64,000 bases of DNA from Bigelowiella natans CCMP2755 (lineage: Eukaryota; Protista; Cercozoa): contig ADNK01000029.1 of the NCBI GenBank assembly GCA_000320545.1, positions 1-64,000 on the forward strand, in the 5' to 3' direction. This document shows positions 13,615 through 26,848 of the stretch, piece by piece. Positions within the stretch are counted from its first letter, which is position 1, and each line of letters begins with the position of its first letter. Under the pieces are notes generated by a model. It did no database searches, was not told the origin of the DNA, and was given only the letters and a program-made list of their open reading frames with translations. Made by a program: the position numbers and the translations under genes.

Positions 13615-14759
13615 GGAGGGGGGGGGGGGTGCATAAATAAGTATGCAACGAAAAGATGGGCGCAACGAGACATTCTTCCAAAGATTAAACGGAAATCTTA
13701 TGATCTGTATGCTCTCGAATAAATCAGGAACAGTACGCAATCCTCATGGCTTGGCGTAGAGTGCATGGATTATGGTGGCTGCTGGCACGTATCTAACCTG
13801 TCCCTCGTGGGGCTGAAGCTCGAGGGGACTCTTCCTGGTTGCGTCTTCAACGGGAGTCTGGGCGGACTAAAAGCCTTAAATCTAAGAAACAACAGTATCT
13901 CGGGCACACTTCCTACAGAGATCGACTCCAATTCTTATCTCCGACAGATGCAGGCGGGAATTAATCGTATCTCAGGCTGGCTGCCTCACGGGTTCTTGGA
14001 CAATGGGATTCTCCTGAGCCTCCGGCTCCAGAATAACTCTATAAGCGGATCCCTGCCCTCCCAGGTCATTAATGCTCTCCCACCATTTGAACCCTTCATC
14101 ATATATCGTACAAGAGACAGAAACAACGATCCACCTGGTGGTAGAGAATATTCACGTGCCCCCCCCTTCCTTCTCCTTCACTCCTTCTGTCCTGGCCATA
14201 GGCAAACAACTGCTCAATAAGTCATTTGGAACTAAGCGGAAATCGGCTGAGCGGAAGGGTTCCAGGTTGGCTGTTTACAAAGGTGAATAATTCTATCGCC
14301 CTCTCCAGGAATAACTTTTCCGGCGAGCTGCCCTTCAGTGACCAGTCCGAGGCTATCAACACTACCACCCTGTCGCATATTCTGCTTATTCACAATATGC
14401 TAAGTGGCACGCTACCGCCCTGGATCGCGACAGGTTCTCATTGTTTCAATTTCAAAAAGAGAGGAGGAGGGGCAACAATGTCAAGGAAGTCTCGTGAAGA
14501 TTTTCCAGTAGTAGTAGCAAAGGGTGTTTAATCGTGCGTGCAATCAGCTCCTGTACGCTCATCGATCGGCCACTGTCCGTCGCATGTACATATACATTTA
14601 GGCTCTGTGGAGAAACTCCTTCTCGAAAACAATAGTTTCTCTGGATATATGCCTAGTTTTGGTGGCAATCTGGAGATGCTCGAGTAATCATCATGTTGCC
14701 GTCGTTGTACTGCTACTACTAACTACTACTACTACTACTACTACTATTACTACTACATC

Positions 14760-14793
<34 letters not shown>

Positions 14794-14984
14794 AGTGGTG
14801 GTGGTAGTAGAGTATCAGTAGTAATAACAGTATCCTTTTATTTCCATGGGGTAGATCTCTCCTCTCTACCTGGTCTTCTGATTTCTCCTGCTCGATCAAC
14901 ACTGTTTTCGTGCTTTCATGAGAAAGAACTCTACGCATAAAATCCATCCCAAACGCGCAGCATACACATAACGAAGGGGGGGGG

Positions 14985-15031
<47 letters not shown>

Positions 15032-15918
15032 TGTATGGATACTCGCATATGATATTCAAATGTCACGTTAATGAGCTGTAATTTCAGTCTCTCCCAAAAC
15101 GTCTTGAGCGGATATATTCCAGAGAGCCTATGTAAGCCGAGATGAGAGAGGGGAAAAAAGGGGGGGGGAGTGAATCTAAGGATGGCAGATGGATGCATAC
15201 GCACACACAAACACACACACCCACACACCCACACACAGTGCTTTTGGGTGTGCCTAGCATGACACACAAATAATATATACGAATACCATGCCGCACACAT
15301 TTCACCAGTGCTTTCTTGTTATTTGCAACAACAACAATAACAACAACAACATCTCAACTGGGGGTAGGTGGTTCGAGCTTGATCAAATCGCTTCGCTTCA
15401 GCAAAAACAGAGTCTCTGGCACTCTGCCGCCTTGTCTCCTCCAGGTTCATCATATATGTGTTATTTGTTGATAGGTGTGTAGCATGATGCAGCTGTTCCG
15501 TGTGCCAGCCTGCTCTGATATTTTCTTCTATCCTCTCCCCCAAACGCACAGAATGTATCGTCGCTGCAGGGCCCATACAACAAAATCAGTGGGTATTTCC
15601 CGTCGTCTTCTTCGTTGAATGTGGAGCAAGCTGCGAGGAACCTGCAGCAGGTTGCTGCCTCCACTTAAATTTCTTCATTTTTCCATCCAACACGTATTGA
15701 TTGATTTGATGGCCGTCACACTCCTCAATCAACAACACACATCCCATGTAAACTTCAACAACCAAGAGCCGCTTGCGCGTATTTCCGTTCTGATTCGCTA
15801 TGGCGACGTTAGTTGTGTGTGAATGTATGTTTTCCTTTGTCCTCCTCCTCGTCCTCCTCCTTCTTCCTTCACCGCCCTTTCTTGACTGATTGCTGCCGGA
15901 CAAACCGACCGATTGGTG

Positions 15919-15949
<31 letters not shown>

Positions 15950-16268
15950 GTTGTTAGGTTACTATGAATGATAACAAGATATCCGGAACGGTACCTTTGT
16001 GGATCAACCGCCTAAGCAATCTCAACTACTTGAAATCCGATAACAACAAGCTCTCAGGGTTGTTGCCTATTTGCCACCCAGTGCCTTTTGCTTCGACTCG
16101 CGACCGATTCTTACCCCACTTTCGCTGCGCGTCGTCGTCTATTGGATTTATTCTTGTTCTCCTCCTCCTCGCACGGTGGGGTCTTTGTTTGTCATCAGGA
16201 CATTGTCCCAGGATATTTGCCGCCCTGGACTCACGAGGCTGCTGGCCTTCTCCGGCAACTATCTCAGC

Positions 16269-16303
<35 letters not shown>

Positions 16304-17114
16304 TCTTCTTTCAACCTTATCATCCTTGTGAGATCCAAAATGAATGATTCCCCCCCCCCCCCCCCCCAAAGCGCGCTCCTCTAGTTCAAAACGTTTTCTT
16401 GGGGCGAGGGCATAAAGAGAAAGGAGAATGGGGAAAGACAAAAGGGCACGCGTGTTTGAGTTTTTGGTGCGTGCGTGTGCGTTCTTTTAGGATATCTTCC
16501 CGAGTGCCCTGGCGTGTTTTTACAGTACAGCCTTTACAACAATCGATTCTCTGGTAAGACAACACCATTCCTCTGTCGCGCTAGCATCTACTGTCTGAAA
16601 GAGCAAGAATTTGGCTGCTCACGTCGCCGTTGCCGTCGCCGTCGTTGGTTTTGTTATTGTGATTGCCATTATGTATGTTACTATTTCCGCGCAGGATATA
16701 TCCCTCCTGGTCTCAGCACCGTTACAAGCCTTTTAGTCGTTGCAATCAACAACAATCGCATATCAGGCAATAAATAACAGACATATCAATGAAGATGAAG
16801 AGGGTGGCATCACGTATTATTAATATAAAATAATGAGAGATAGGGGAGGACAACCGTGAGTGGCGTGAAATAACACGAGGGAGAGAGGAGGAGGAGGAGA
16901 GACGCAACGATTTGCTTTCGCACATTCATTCCCTGTGCAAAAAAATAGTGATGATGATATTATCAATTTTTCCAAATCATCGTCTCTGAACACTGTATTG
17001 ATGTGTAGCCTCCCCCCCCCTCCTCTGTTGTACTCAGGAACGCTTCCAAACCTTGTTTCTCCTATCCTCAATACGCTCTCGGTAGGAATAGAAGAAGAGA
17101 AAACAGTAGACGAG

Positions 17115-17161
<47 letters not shown>

Positions 17162-17297
17162 TATGCTCTGCACCATACTAACGTATACATTGTTTGATTC
17201 TCCTTTGAATTGTTTTTGTAGATCTTTTCCAATGAAATTTCTGGTACAATACCGAATGACCTGCTCGCAAAAAGGTTATCGATTTACTAAACTCTGA

Positions 17298-17352
<55 letters not shown>

Positions 17353-17899
17353 CTATTATGTTATATTATATGATGTAATATAATGCACATGTGCTAATCG
17401 GATATTCAAAAGATATTTGGAGCGAGTAGGAGCGCATGCGAACGCTCTTGTCGGTACATTTCCGGAAATACTTGGGCCCCGAATCGGGGTACTTCAATCA
17501 TTACGTGTGAACAGTAATCGTAGTAGTTTCTGTGTCTATATCTGTGTATGTGTGTGTGTGTGCGTGTGTGTGTGTGTGTGTATGTGGTCCTTTCTTTCAT
17601 ATCTATATGTACTTATTGTCTTCTGTATATTTGTAACATGAATGCATATTACTATACACGGCACTCAGGTTATTTCACTCGCGAACAACTCTCTGTCTGG
17701 CGAACTCCCTCAGTCAATATGCAGCGCATGTAAGAGGCTCTACGGGATGCTGCTGGAAAACAACAATGTGATAATAATAAAAATAAAAAATAAAAAAAAA
17801 AGTAATAATAATCCTTACATGACGCACGACGTCAATGTTCGCTCCAGATCTTGGCTCCTTGCCTTTGCACTTCCAAACACTCTCATAATCGATTCAGAA

Positions 17900-17942
<43 letters not shown>

Positions 17943-17951
17943 TCTGTCTCC

Positions 17952-17989
<38 letters not shown>

Positions 17990-18343
17990 AAAGGTGAGGG
18001 GCAATCTCGGCGGCTTTCGAAATTGCTCCCAATTGGAGTTTCTGCAGGTCCTGAGCTAGTTAGCAGCGCATAGCTTCTCTTCCCTCCTCAGCGTCCTTTG
18101 CCCCCCCTCTCCCCCCCTCGTTACAAATACCTGAGCAAGCGAGCATGAGGCTTACGCGTGCCGTAGGATTTGAGGATGATAATGATTATGATGAAAGGTT
18201 TCAAACAATAAGCTCACGGGCACTATCGGAGGATGGATTTCCCAGATGCCGAAGGTAAATTTGCTATCAATCCTTCATTGTTATATGCATATAAAAGCAC
18301 GTACACACTCACACACTCACACTCACACTCACACGCACGCATG

Positions 18344-18386
<43 letters not shown>

Positions 18387-20196
18387 TGTATGTATAATGC
18401 ACACATATCATGAGTAATCGTCGTGATTTGCTTCTGGCAGTTGCTGAAGCTATTTGTCGATCGAAATGATATATCGGGCACTGTGCCTCAAGGTATTATC
18501 AAGCTCAAGTGAATATATATATATATATATATACATATATAAAATAAATAAATATATATATATATATATAGATATAGATATATAGATGGGTGCGTGTGTG
18601 TGTGCGTGTGTATGTAGTTGTTCGTGTTTATATGTTAAAATTTAGGGGGAACAGGTGTGCGTGTTCCTCTGTGTGCGCGTGCAAGGGGATGCAGATGAGT
18701 GTTGCTCTGCTTGCATTTCTCACTCTGATACTTCCATCAGGGATCTCACAGCTGGCAAATCTTCACGACGTGCTGTTGTTTGATAACAAGTAACGATTTG
18801 CCCAATACAAAAAGAACGCACACACATTCACACTCACACTCACTCACTCACGCACTCACGCACTGACTCACTCACACACAAACAAACAAATATTGCATCA
18901 TGCGAAAGGTTTGAGGGCACGCTGCCGGAGATGCAGTCTCGGCTCGAAACTCTCAGCGTTCATAATGTAAGTAGCGGCAGCAGCAGGAAGATCGTCGTTG
19001 TGTGCCGTGTAGTAGTAGTTGCACACCGCAACACCCAGTGAAACACGTGCAGGCAGTACACCTCTGTGTGTGAGTGTGTGTGAGTGTGTGCGGGTATGTG
19101 CGAGTGTGTGCTTCGAAACACCATATAATACAACAACCCCCCCCCCCCCCTCCCATTTATCTCTCTTCTATCATTCTTCCTCAATGCAGAACCTCATATC
19201 TGGAACGCTGCCTACATCTTACTACAAGATGAAGGTGAAGATGGTGATGGTGATGATAATGACGATGACGACGACAACGACGACGACGACGACGCCTTTG
19301 ATTATCGTTCCGCTGTTATATCTATCTGCTGTTTACTCCTCGTTCTCCTTAGCACGTTTTGGAAGGCAAAGCTTACAAACCAAAAGACAGACATATTTAT
19401 ATATATATTATATATATATATTTATATATAAGGGAAACCACCACTATCCACCACTATTAAGCGTGCCTTCTTCCTTCTTCCCCACATAATAGAGCCTGGA
19501 GATCTTGACGATCCACTCGAACCTCATTTCGGGTTCTGTCGCGTCAATTGGGTACGCAATACAGCTATTTGTGTGTGTTAGTATGTATTGTATGTGTTGT
19601 GTGTGTTGTGTGTGTTGTGTGTGCGTGTGTGTGTGGCAAACCCTGAGCCAGCGTCCTTTGTGTGCGATTGGTCCTCTTCTTCTTACTCTTCTCCTCCTCC
19701 TTCTTCTTCTTCTTCTTCCAGGTCATCGAAACTGAGGCACGTTCACATGCACAACAACAAAATCAGCTGCCGGGTAGTAACTTCCACACGCACGCACTGT
19801 GTGTCTTTATGTTGTGAGTATTACACACTCGACGTACGACGTAATAATGCGTTCGGCTTGTCAGCTAAAATGCGCTGACGACGCTCCACGCTACTTCCTA
19901 CCTCTTCCTCTTCTTCTTCTTCTTCTTCTTCATCATCATCATCATCATCCTATTACTGCTGCTGCTACAAATATAATGTTTGGTGTGCAATAAAAGGTAC
20001 CGGGTATGGGCTTGCACAATGCCTCGACAAAGGGCACCATTCTAATGGGTAAGCAGTACTATATCTTGGTAGTAGCTGTCATCACCGTTGTTGTTGTCCT
20101 CGCCGCTCTCTCAATAATAATAATAATAATAATAATAATAATTATATTTACAATAATAATAAACTGCAGCATTATCATCATCATCATTGCGAGTTG

Positions 20197-20236
<40 letters not shown>

Positions 20237-20961
20237 TCTTCTTGTTCTTCTTCTTCTTCTCCTTCTCCTTCTTCTTCTTCTTTAGGAAATCGTATGGAAG
20301 CGCAAAATCGGGACGAGGTTCCTCAGTGGGTTTTCTCATCGACGAGTCAGTCAGTCAGTCAGTCAGTCAGTAGTGTGTATGTGTGTGTGTGTGTGTGTTG
20401 ATCATGAACGTACATGACGGCTAATGATGATGTTTCGAAAACAACTTTAGGAGATAACGAATTACTCTACACCAGTGGGGACGACTTCATGGTGATCATG
20501 ATCATATTCGGGTATCGCTGCCGTCTTCTCCTTAATCCACAGTTGTTGGAGTGGATTCTTACATGAAATGTTTGATGATTGCCTGCTTGTGTGTGTATGT
20601 GTATATGTGTGTGTGTATGTGTGTGTGTGCTCTCAGGACAACTGGTTTCGTATTTATCGTTTTTCTGGTTGCAGTTGTATATATCTTTGACACGAAAGAG
20701 GTGGTAGTAGTCGTAGTAATAAATAATGAAAATAATACATGCCAAGACATCAACACACACACACACACACACACACACAGTTGCTGTATCTATTTATATG
20801 TCACTCAGGTGCCCCTCGCTCTCAATTCCCTTCTGCAGGAGATTGGTGAAGAGGTGAGGAAAGTGGGGGATGGAGGGGAGGAGTGGGCACCCTAACGAAG
20901 AGATCCAGATTGTCTTCTCGTCATTTTATCTCCGACCCACACGCAAACACGCACACGTACG

Positions 20962-20993
<32 letters not shown>

Positions 20994-21190
20994 TACTACA
21001 TATGAATACATCAACGAAAAGAAATCATAAATCCTCCTCCTCCTCCTCCTCCTCCTCACCACCACCACTTGATCGCAGTCTGGATTCAATATCAATACAA
21101 CGAACTATTTCTCGTTGCACCGGAAGATCATCTTTGCCTGGTAGTGTGATGGTGGCTTTCGCTAACCCCCTTTATATTTATTGAAATAGC

Positions 21191-21233
<43 letters not shown>

Positions 21234-22547
21234 CATTTTATAAATGTGCATTATTACTTCAATACAAACATATCAGCTCAACAATCTCACTGGTGTTCGT
21301 CCCGAGCCTGATGTCGGTTTATGCCACGCACTCGAGCTTCTACGATTGCCTGGATCAGTTGGTGAGGAGGAAGAGGAGGAGGAGAAAAAGAAGAAGAAGA
21401 AGAAGATGATGATGATGATGAAAAAACAACGAGAAGATGATGATGTGTTAATCCACTCGCTGCCGCAAACGTTAAACTTAAAGGTGATATTAAGTGCTGC
21501 ATACTTCAAGGATCCAGACCTAGAGGTTAGTAGTACAGTGTCCGTATCAACAATTACAAATCATCGATATTTTACTCCATCTCGTGATCTTCTTCTTCTT
21601 CATCATGATGTATCTGCTCGATGTCCTGGATGCTTTGCCGATTAGGCTGTTGTGGTGGCTCTCCTCTTACTTTACACGGGTATCAATCAGTAGCAATACT
21701 AGTAGTAGCACAATAAATTCATACATTTATACTTACCAAAACGTACAAGTAAATATATCGTGGATTTACATGTGTAATATTTCTTCAAAATACCTGAAGT
21801 TACACACGCGCCCGCACACGTGCGTGTGTTGCTCACTCCTCGCCCCGTGAATAATATCCCCAATATTCAGTGGTCGCCACCGTCTGGGTCCTGGCGATCC
21901 AGAACGCCCTCGCACGCGTTCACCAAGAGACAAAGCTGCTGTACAAGAGGCGAATAGAAATCATCTCAAACCGTACAAAACCCCTCTTCACGGAGAGTAC
22001 CGGTGCGGCGACTAGGGATAGGCACGCGCACACACACACGCGCGCGTACACGTGCAAAACCTGATTGATATCTTTCTCTCTGCTCAGAAAACAAGGCGAT
22101 GCAGCCCTCGTTCCCACGATTCTCTGTCGGGGTGCAAGCCGTTGCAGTTGCGGACGTTCAGGTGAATGCCCGTGTATCCAGGAGCCCTGGAGGAAAGCGA
22201 AAAGAAGAAGAGGAGGGGGTGATAACGATGAGTGTCAACCCTATGCATCCCCAGGCTGCTCAAGCAGTAGATGGGGGAAGGAGATCGGGGTGTGACAGGA
22301 AGCTGCACGGAAACGAAGAAGAAGAAGAAGAAGAAGAAGAGAACGGCAACCCAGAAAGTCCTCCTTCAAATGCAGCACATAATGGGAATGGGAAAGCGTT
22401 GGCAGCTAGTGACAAGCCAGGAGTAGGAAATAAGCAGGGGGGGGCGGATAATGACAACAACGGCTCCGCAAAGAAAGTGCATTGCAAGCATTTCCTCAGG
22501 AAAACTGCCTTCTGGTACCGAGAACTCTCTTTCTCTCTATCTCTTTC

Positions 22548-22585
<38 letters not shown>

Positions 22586-22949
22586 CCCGGCTTTCTTCAT
22601 TGTTGCGAGTAGTGAGGGTTTTCTGAGCGGCGTTTTGTTTGCTTGTGTGCATGCACACTATGCGCTATCCATCTCCGCTCGATCGATCGGTCGCTCCCAG
22701 GGCGTTCACGGTATCGCTGTGGATGATTCCATGTTTCGTCCTCTCCATCCCCACGATTTCCTACGTCGCGGCAAGATCCCTCCCTTCAAACAACACATTT
22801 GGTGCGAGTGTCAATTCAGATTGGTACTGAGCTAACCGTAGTATTATAGTAGCAGAAGAAGCTGCAGTAGTAGTAGCAGCAGCGGCGATGGTATAGTGCC
22901 TTTCCTCCCTCGCCTACTTCTCCACGATTTACCCTTCTTTATATATATT

Positions 22950-23004
<55 letters not shown>

Positions 23005-23997
23005 TTATATTAATTTGTGGTCGGCGCACTGACAGCAGAGTTGAGTTATTGATTAAATACGAACAAAAAGGGCGATGCTGGGTTTTGCCACTCTGAGCGT
23101 CATCGTAAACTTGCTTCTCGCACCGAGGGCGGCGAGGATTACCGCGCGCTTTGTTGGTAAGAAGCGACTGATAGATATCCCTCTCTCTTCTTTTCTTCCG
23201 ATCGACATAAAATAATCGAGAGGCCATGGGCTGCTCTCTACCGATAGATGAGCTTGTGGAAGCTGGTAATAAATATGATGGTGCTCTCTTACTTACATCT
23301 CTGTGCGGTCGTGTCGTCGATTATAGGGGCGCCAACGCAAAGCTCGAGATTATTGCTGATATTGCAAGTAAGATGAGTAATAGGAGGAAGAAGAGGAGTA
23401 GCAGCAGCAAGAGAAAGAGAATGGGGGAGAACTGCCATGTGCATGTGCTTTGCTTCTAAATAAATACTAGGGAGAGCAACTTGAATCCCCCGAGAGCAGT
23501 AGATCTCATCCTCCTCAATATCCGTATAATCATCTTCGCAACAACAACAACAACAACAACGACAACATCAACATCGTCACCATCGTATCAGGCGTTCCAG
23601 ACTATCGTCCCTCTGATAGTCATGATCATACTAGATCAGGTAGTTCCTGCACCCACACACGCACGCACACATACTCACACTAAAAAAAAAATCGGTAATG
23701 CTCGGTTTGAGCTCTTGTGCCTGTCTTCTTCGGCGTCATCGTCACCGTCACTTGCTGCTACTCAGGGCTGCCTGCAGATGTACCTTAAGTTCTGGCGAAC
23801 TTGCGAAGATAAGGACTCTTTTTTGATCCAAAGACGGTGCTCTCCTCACACCTTTACCATGCTCCACACAATGCAACATCGCGCAACAGCATATGACGTA
23901 CATGCTGCAAAGATAGCGTGATTTCGTGCTGATTTTTTGAGTCTTTGGCGGCGGAAAGGCCCTCGTTGTCGTTGTTGCTGTTGTTATCGTTGTTGTT

Positions 23998-24029
<32 letters not shown>

Positions 24030-24192
24030 CTTGGCTGTGGTCGTTTTCGAAACACGTTCCTATGTTTCCAGGGAGAATCTGGACTTGCTAAAGGCCCGCG
24101 TTGCCGCACCCGATAACATAGACTTAGGATCGTTCTACACCACGTAGTCGCAGCTTTTATTCAAAAACCTTTTCCGATAACAAGAAGAAAAT

Positions 24193-24235
<43 letters not shown>

Positions 24236-24510
24236 AAAAATAAAGGAAGACTGCTTGCTTCGATCTGAAAACGAATATACTTCCGTGCATAACGCATGAA
24301 TATGCAAAAGGTATCTGACAACGGCGAGCGTGTGCAGCCCATCGTTCAGGTATGGGTTTTGCTCTCGCCGAGCAGTCGATGTCCTCGGGACATTTTATGC
24401 GTATAAATGGGTCTGCAAGGTCTTCGCACAGAGTATTGGCAGCCTCTATTTCTCGCTGGTGATCGATCCAACATCGACTTTACACATCTACCTTCAAATA
24501 TAATACACAC

Positions 24511-24550
<40 letters not shown>

Positions 24551-24604
24551 TACTTATTTAGCTATTCTTTACTATCGGACTATATTCCGAAAGACGCACA
24601 GATG

Positions 24605-24642
<38 letters not shown>

Positions 24643-25065
24643 CGGTTTTACGCGAAGATGTCTCCAGTAACCTCGGCAAGAATGCAAACTACTGAACTCC
24701 ATCGCTCTATAGACGAACATGCATGTTCCCTACCAAACAGTCAGAAGAGGAGGAGGAGGATGATGATACACTGTTGATATATATGTACTTCCCCCTCTTC
24801 CTCAGATGGTGGGGCCAATCTCGCACTACTTTTTCCAATGGTCGATGCATAGGACTGTGGACTTTGACGTCTTCTACGCGGACGTTGTCGGATCGTTGGT
24901 GGAAATAGTAAGCGCCGTCACACTGACTCTTGTTACCCGTAAAATAAAAAGATTTTGCTTGGGATTTTCAGTGAGCAGTATGTCGTTTGTGCGTATTGTG
25001 CTTATTGCGCAGGTGTCGCTTGGGCCGTTCGTGCCGATTATCTTTCTCTTTGGTCAAAACAACAA

Positions 25066-25103
<38 letters not shown>

Positions 25104-26151
25104 GTGTGCACATTATATTTACACATATATGACGATCTTTGCCTATCTCCGGATACAAAGGAACGCTTTCCCTGGCCATGGAGTACATCACACAGTAATA
25201 GACATTCTCTCTCTCTCTATTTACCCCCCCCCCCCCCTACACGCCCCCTCCCTCCTTGATTTCCATCATACCCCGTCCTCACCCTCAAACGCACGGCAGC
25301 AACTCATATTAGAAATTCTCGAGGATTCATTGTCCATTCCTTACGATTCCTTCCGTCGGCAGGTACTTAATTTTCAAGATCGGGATATATTCAAACGTGA
25401 TGAAGAAGAAGAAGAAGAGCTCAGCAAAGGACGATAGGAAGGACGACAGCAGCGGCGCGCACTCAGAGGACACCGCGATCGAGAACTTCGTTCGGCTTCC
25501 AAAGTTCCAGGTGATGAGTAATGTGCTCTGCTCCGTCCTCATGATCATCAACGACGTCCGTGTACTAACACTCTGCTGCTGCAGATCCACATGGGAACGA
25601 TGCTCTTTTGCGTGTTGGCGATACTGTTCTGGTTTGAAAACGGCTTACAAGGCCGTTTCGCGCTCTTGTACACCATCGTCGTCATCACTCTCGCGGGGCT
25701 CGTTGCCGCTGTCTCAATCAACGCGTACGTGCATCAGAGCGAATCGAATACGCACATGCGCAAACTCCTCAAAACACTTAAGGATAGAACGTGTTGCTAC
25801 GTCTGGGGTCGTCCGCCGTGCAATAACTAATGAAGCTCTTTCTCATCAGATGGATAGCTTGTTGCGGGTGCCATCGATCTATGGACGATGACAAGAACGG
25901 GGAAGAAGAATTGGATGCTTGCGACGATAACGACGAGATTGAGGTTTAAATCACACCCTCCTCTAGCGAAAGACTTAATCTGTGAATTTGATCTTATAAG
26001 TAAATACCTGCACGCTCACTCATATTTATTTTCAAAAACATTACCACAGATGGACGACGTAGTATATGATAGAACCGATGGTCTGCGAGAGTTGACCCCT
26101 CGTCCTATCTCAGAAGATAGCCGTAGACCGATCAATCGCGTTCTAATTTAA
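13296..26151 (+). CDS. Signal peptide + long plant-type LRR ectodomain + about 10-11 TM membrane domain, no kinase; dozens of small exons
   Basis: MKQLYIAYLLFCIILEVSRA is a signal peptide, followed by a Cys cap (SWQGCPC) and many LxxLxLxxNxxSGxLP repeats from 13760 to ~19770 (LKALNLRNNSISGTLP, LELSGNRLSGRVP, LKSDNNKLSG, LANNSLSGELP). Hydrophobic exons occupy ~20640-25730 (TGFVFIVFLVAVVYIF; AVVVALLLLYT; SLWMIPCFVLSIPTISYV; RLLLILQ|AFQTIVPLIVMIILDQ; VSLGPFVPIIFLF; MLFCVLAILFW; FALLYTIVVITLAGLVAAV). An acidic tail ends ...RPINRVLI* at 26151. Confidence 0.85.
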
Positions 26152-26848
26152 ATGAAAAGAGTGTCACTACACATTCGGTGTGAATATCTGCGAGATGTGT
26201 GACAGCCCGCGCCGATTGTTCGCGCGGAGGTGCATAAACACGTACAAACTATGTCGCGTGTTTACGATACGTCTAGACGTGTGTACCTGTGAATTATGAA
26301 TTCATTACATTCCAATGCACGTTAAAGCAACAAAGTACACCAAACTATACGATTGTCATGCTAGCTAGCTAGCTAGCATGCACGAAAAGTTATAACACCT
26401 AAAATTAGAAAATGCACGTAATCATCGCAAATTGTTGCTGCGCAATACGTTATCGATTTGCACCAATGAGCAGGTTCATTGTTGTTGCAAAACATGACAA
26501 GCTAGCACGCGACGTTACACTTATTACGCATCATCACGCACCGCTGCCCGGCTAGCCGGGTAGACTGCTAGACTGGAAGTGATGCGTTACAACGTTCATG
26601 ATAATCGTTGGTGCATGCTTTGCGCGCATGCTATGCATGTATCGTATGGACTTGCCTCAGCCATAGATGTGTTCGTTGCTGCTGCAACACGTACCAACCG
26701 CCTCATTCTACACTCTCGTTTTCAGAAAGGGCATTTAGCAGTTGATAAGCTTAGCATAATAGACGTGGTTATAGCTGATATTCGCATGCACGTGTAGCAT
26801 GCTACATCTTGATGAATTGATGTTGTGTATGCGCTCATTGTATTAGAT

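Noticed and set aside
23364-23365. Apparent GC donor (att|gcaagt) in the LRR-TM gene
   Set aside because: The phase-1 reading GAPTQSSRLLLILQ|gtaag uses a canonical GT donor and joins both neighbouring exons in frame.
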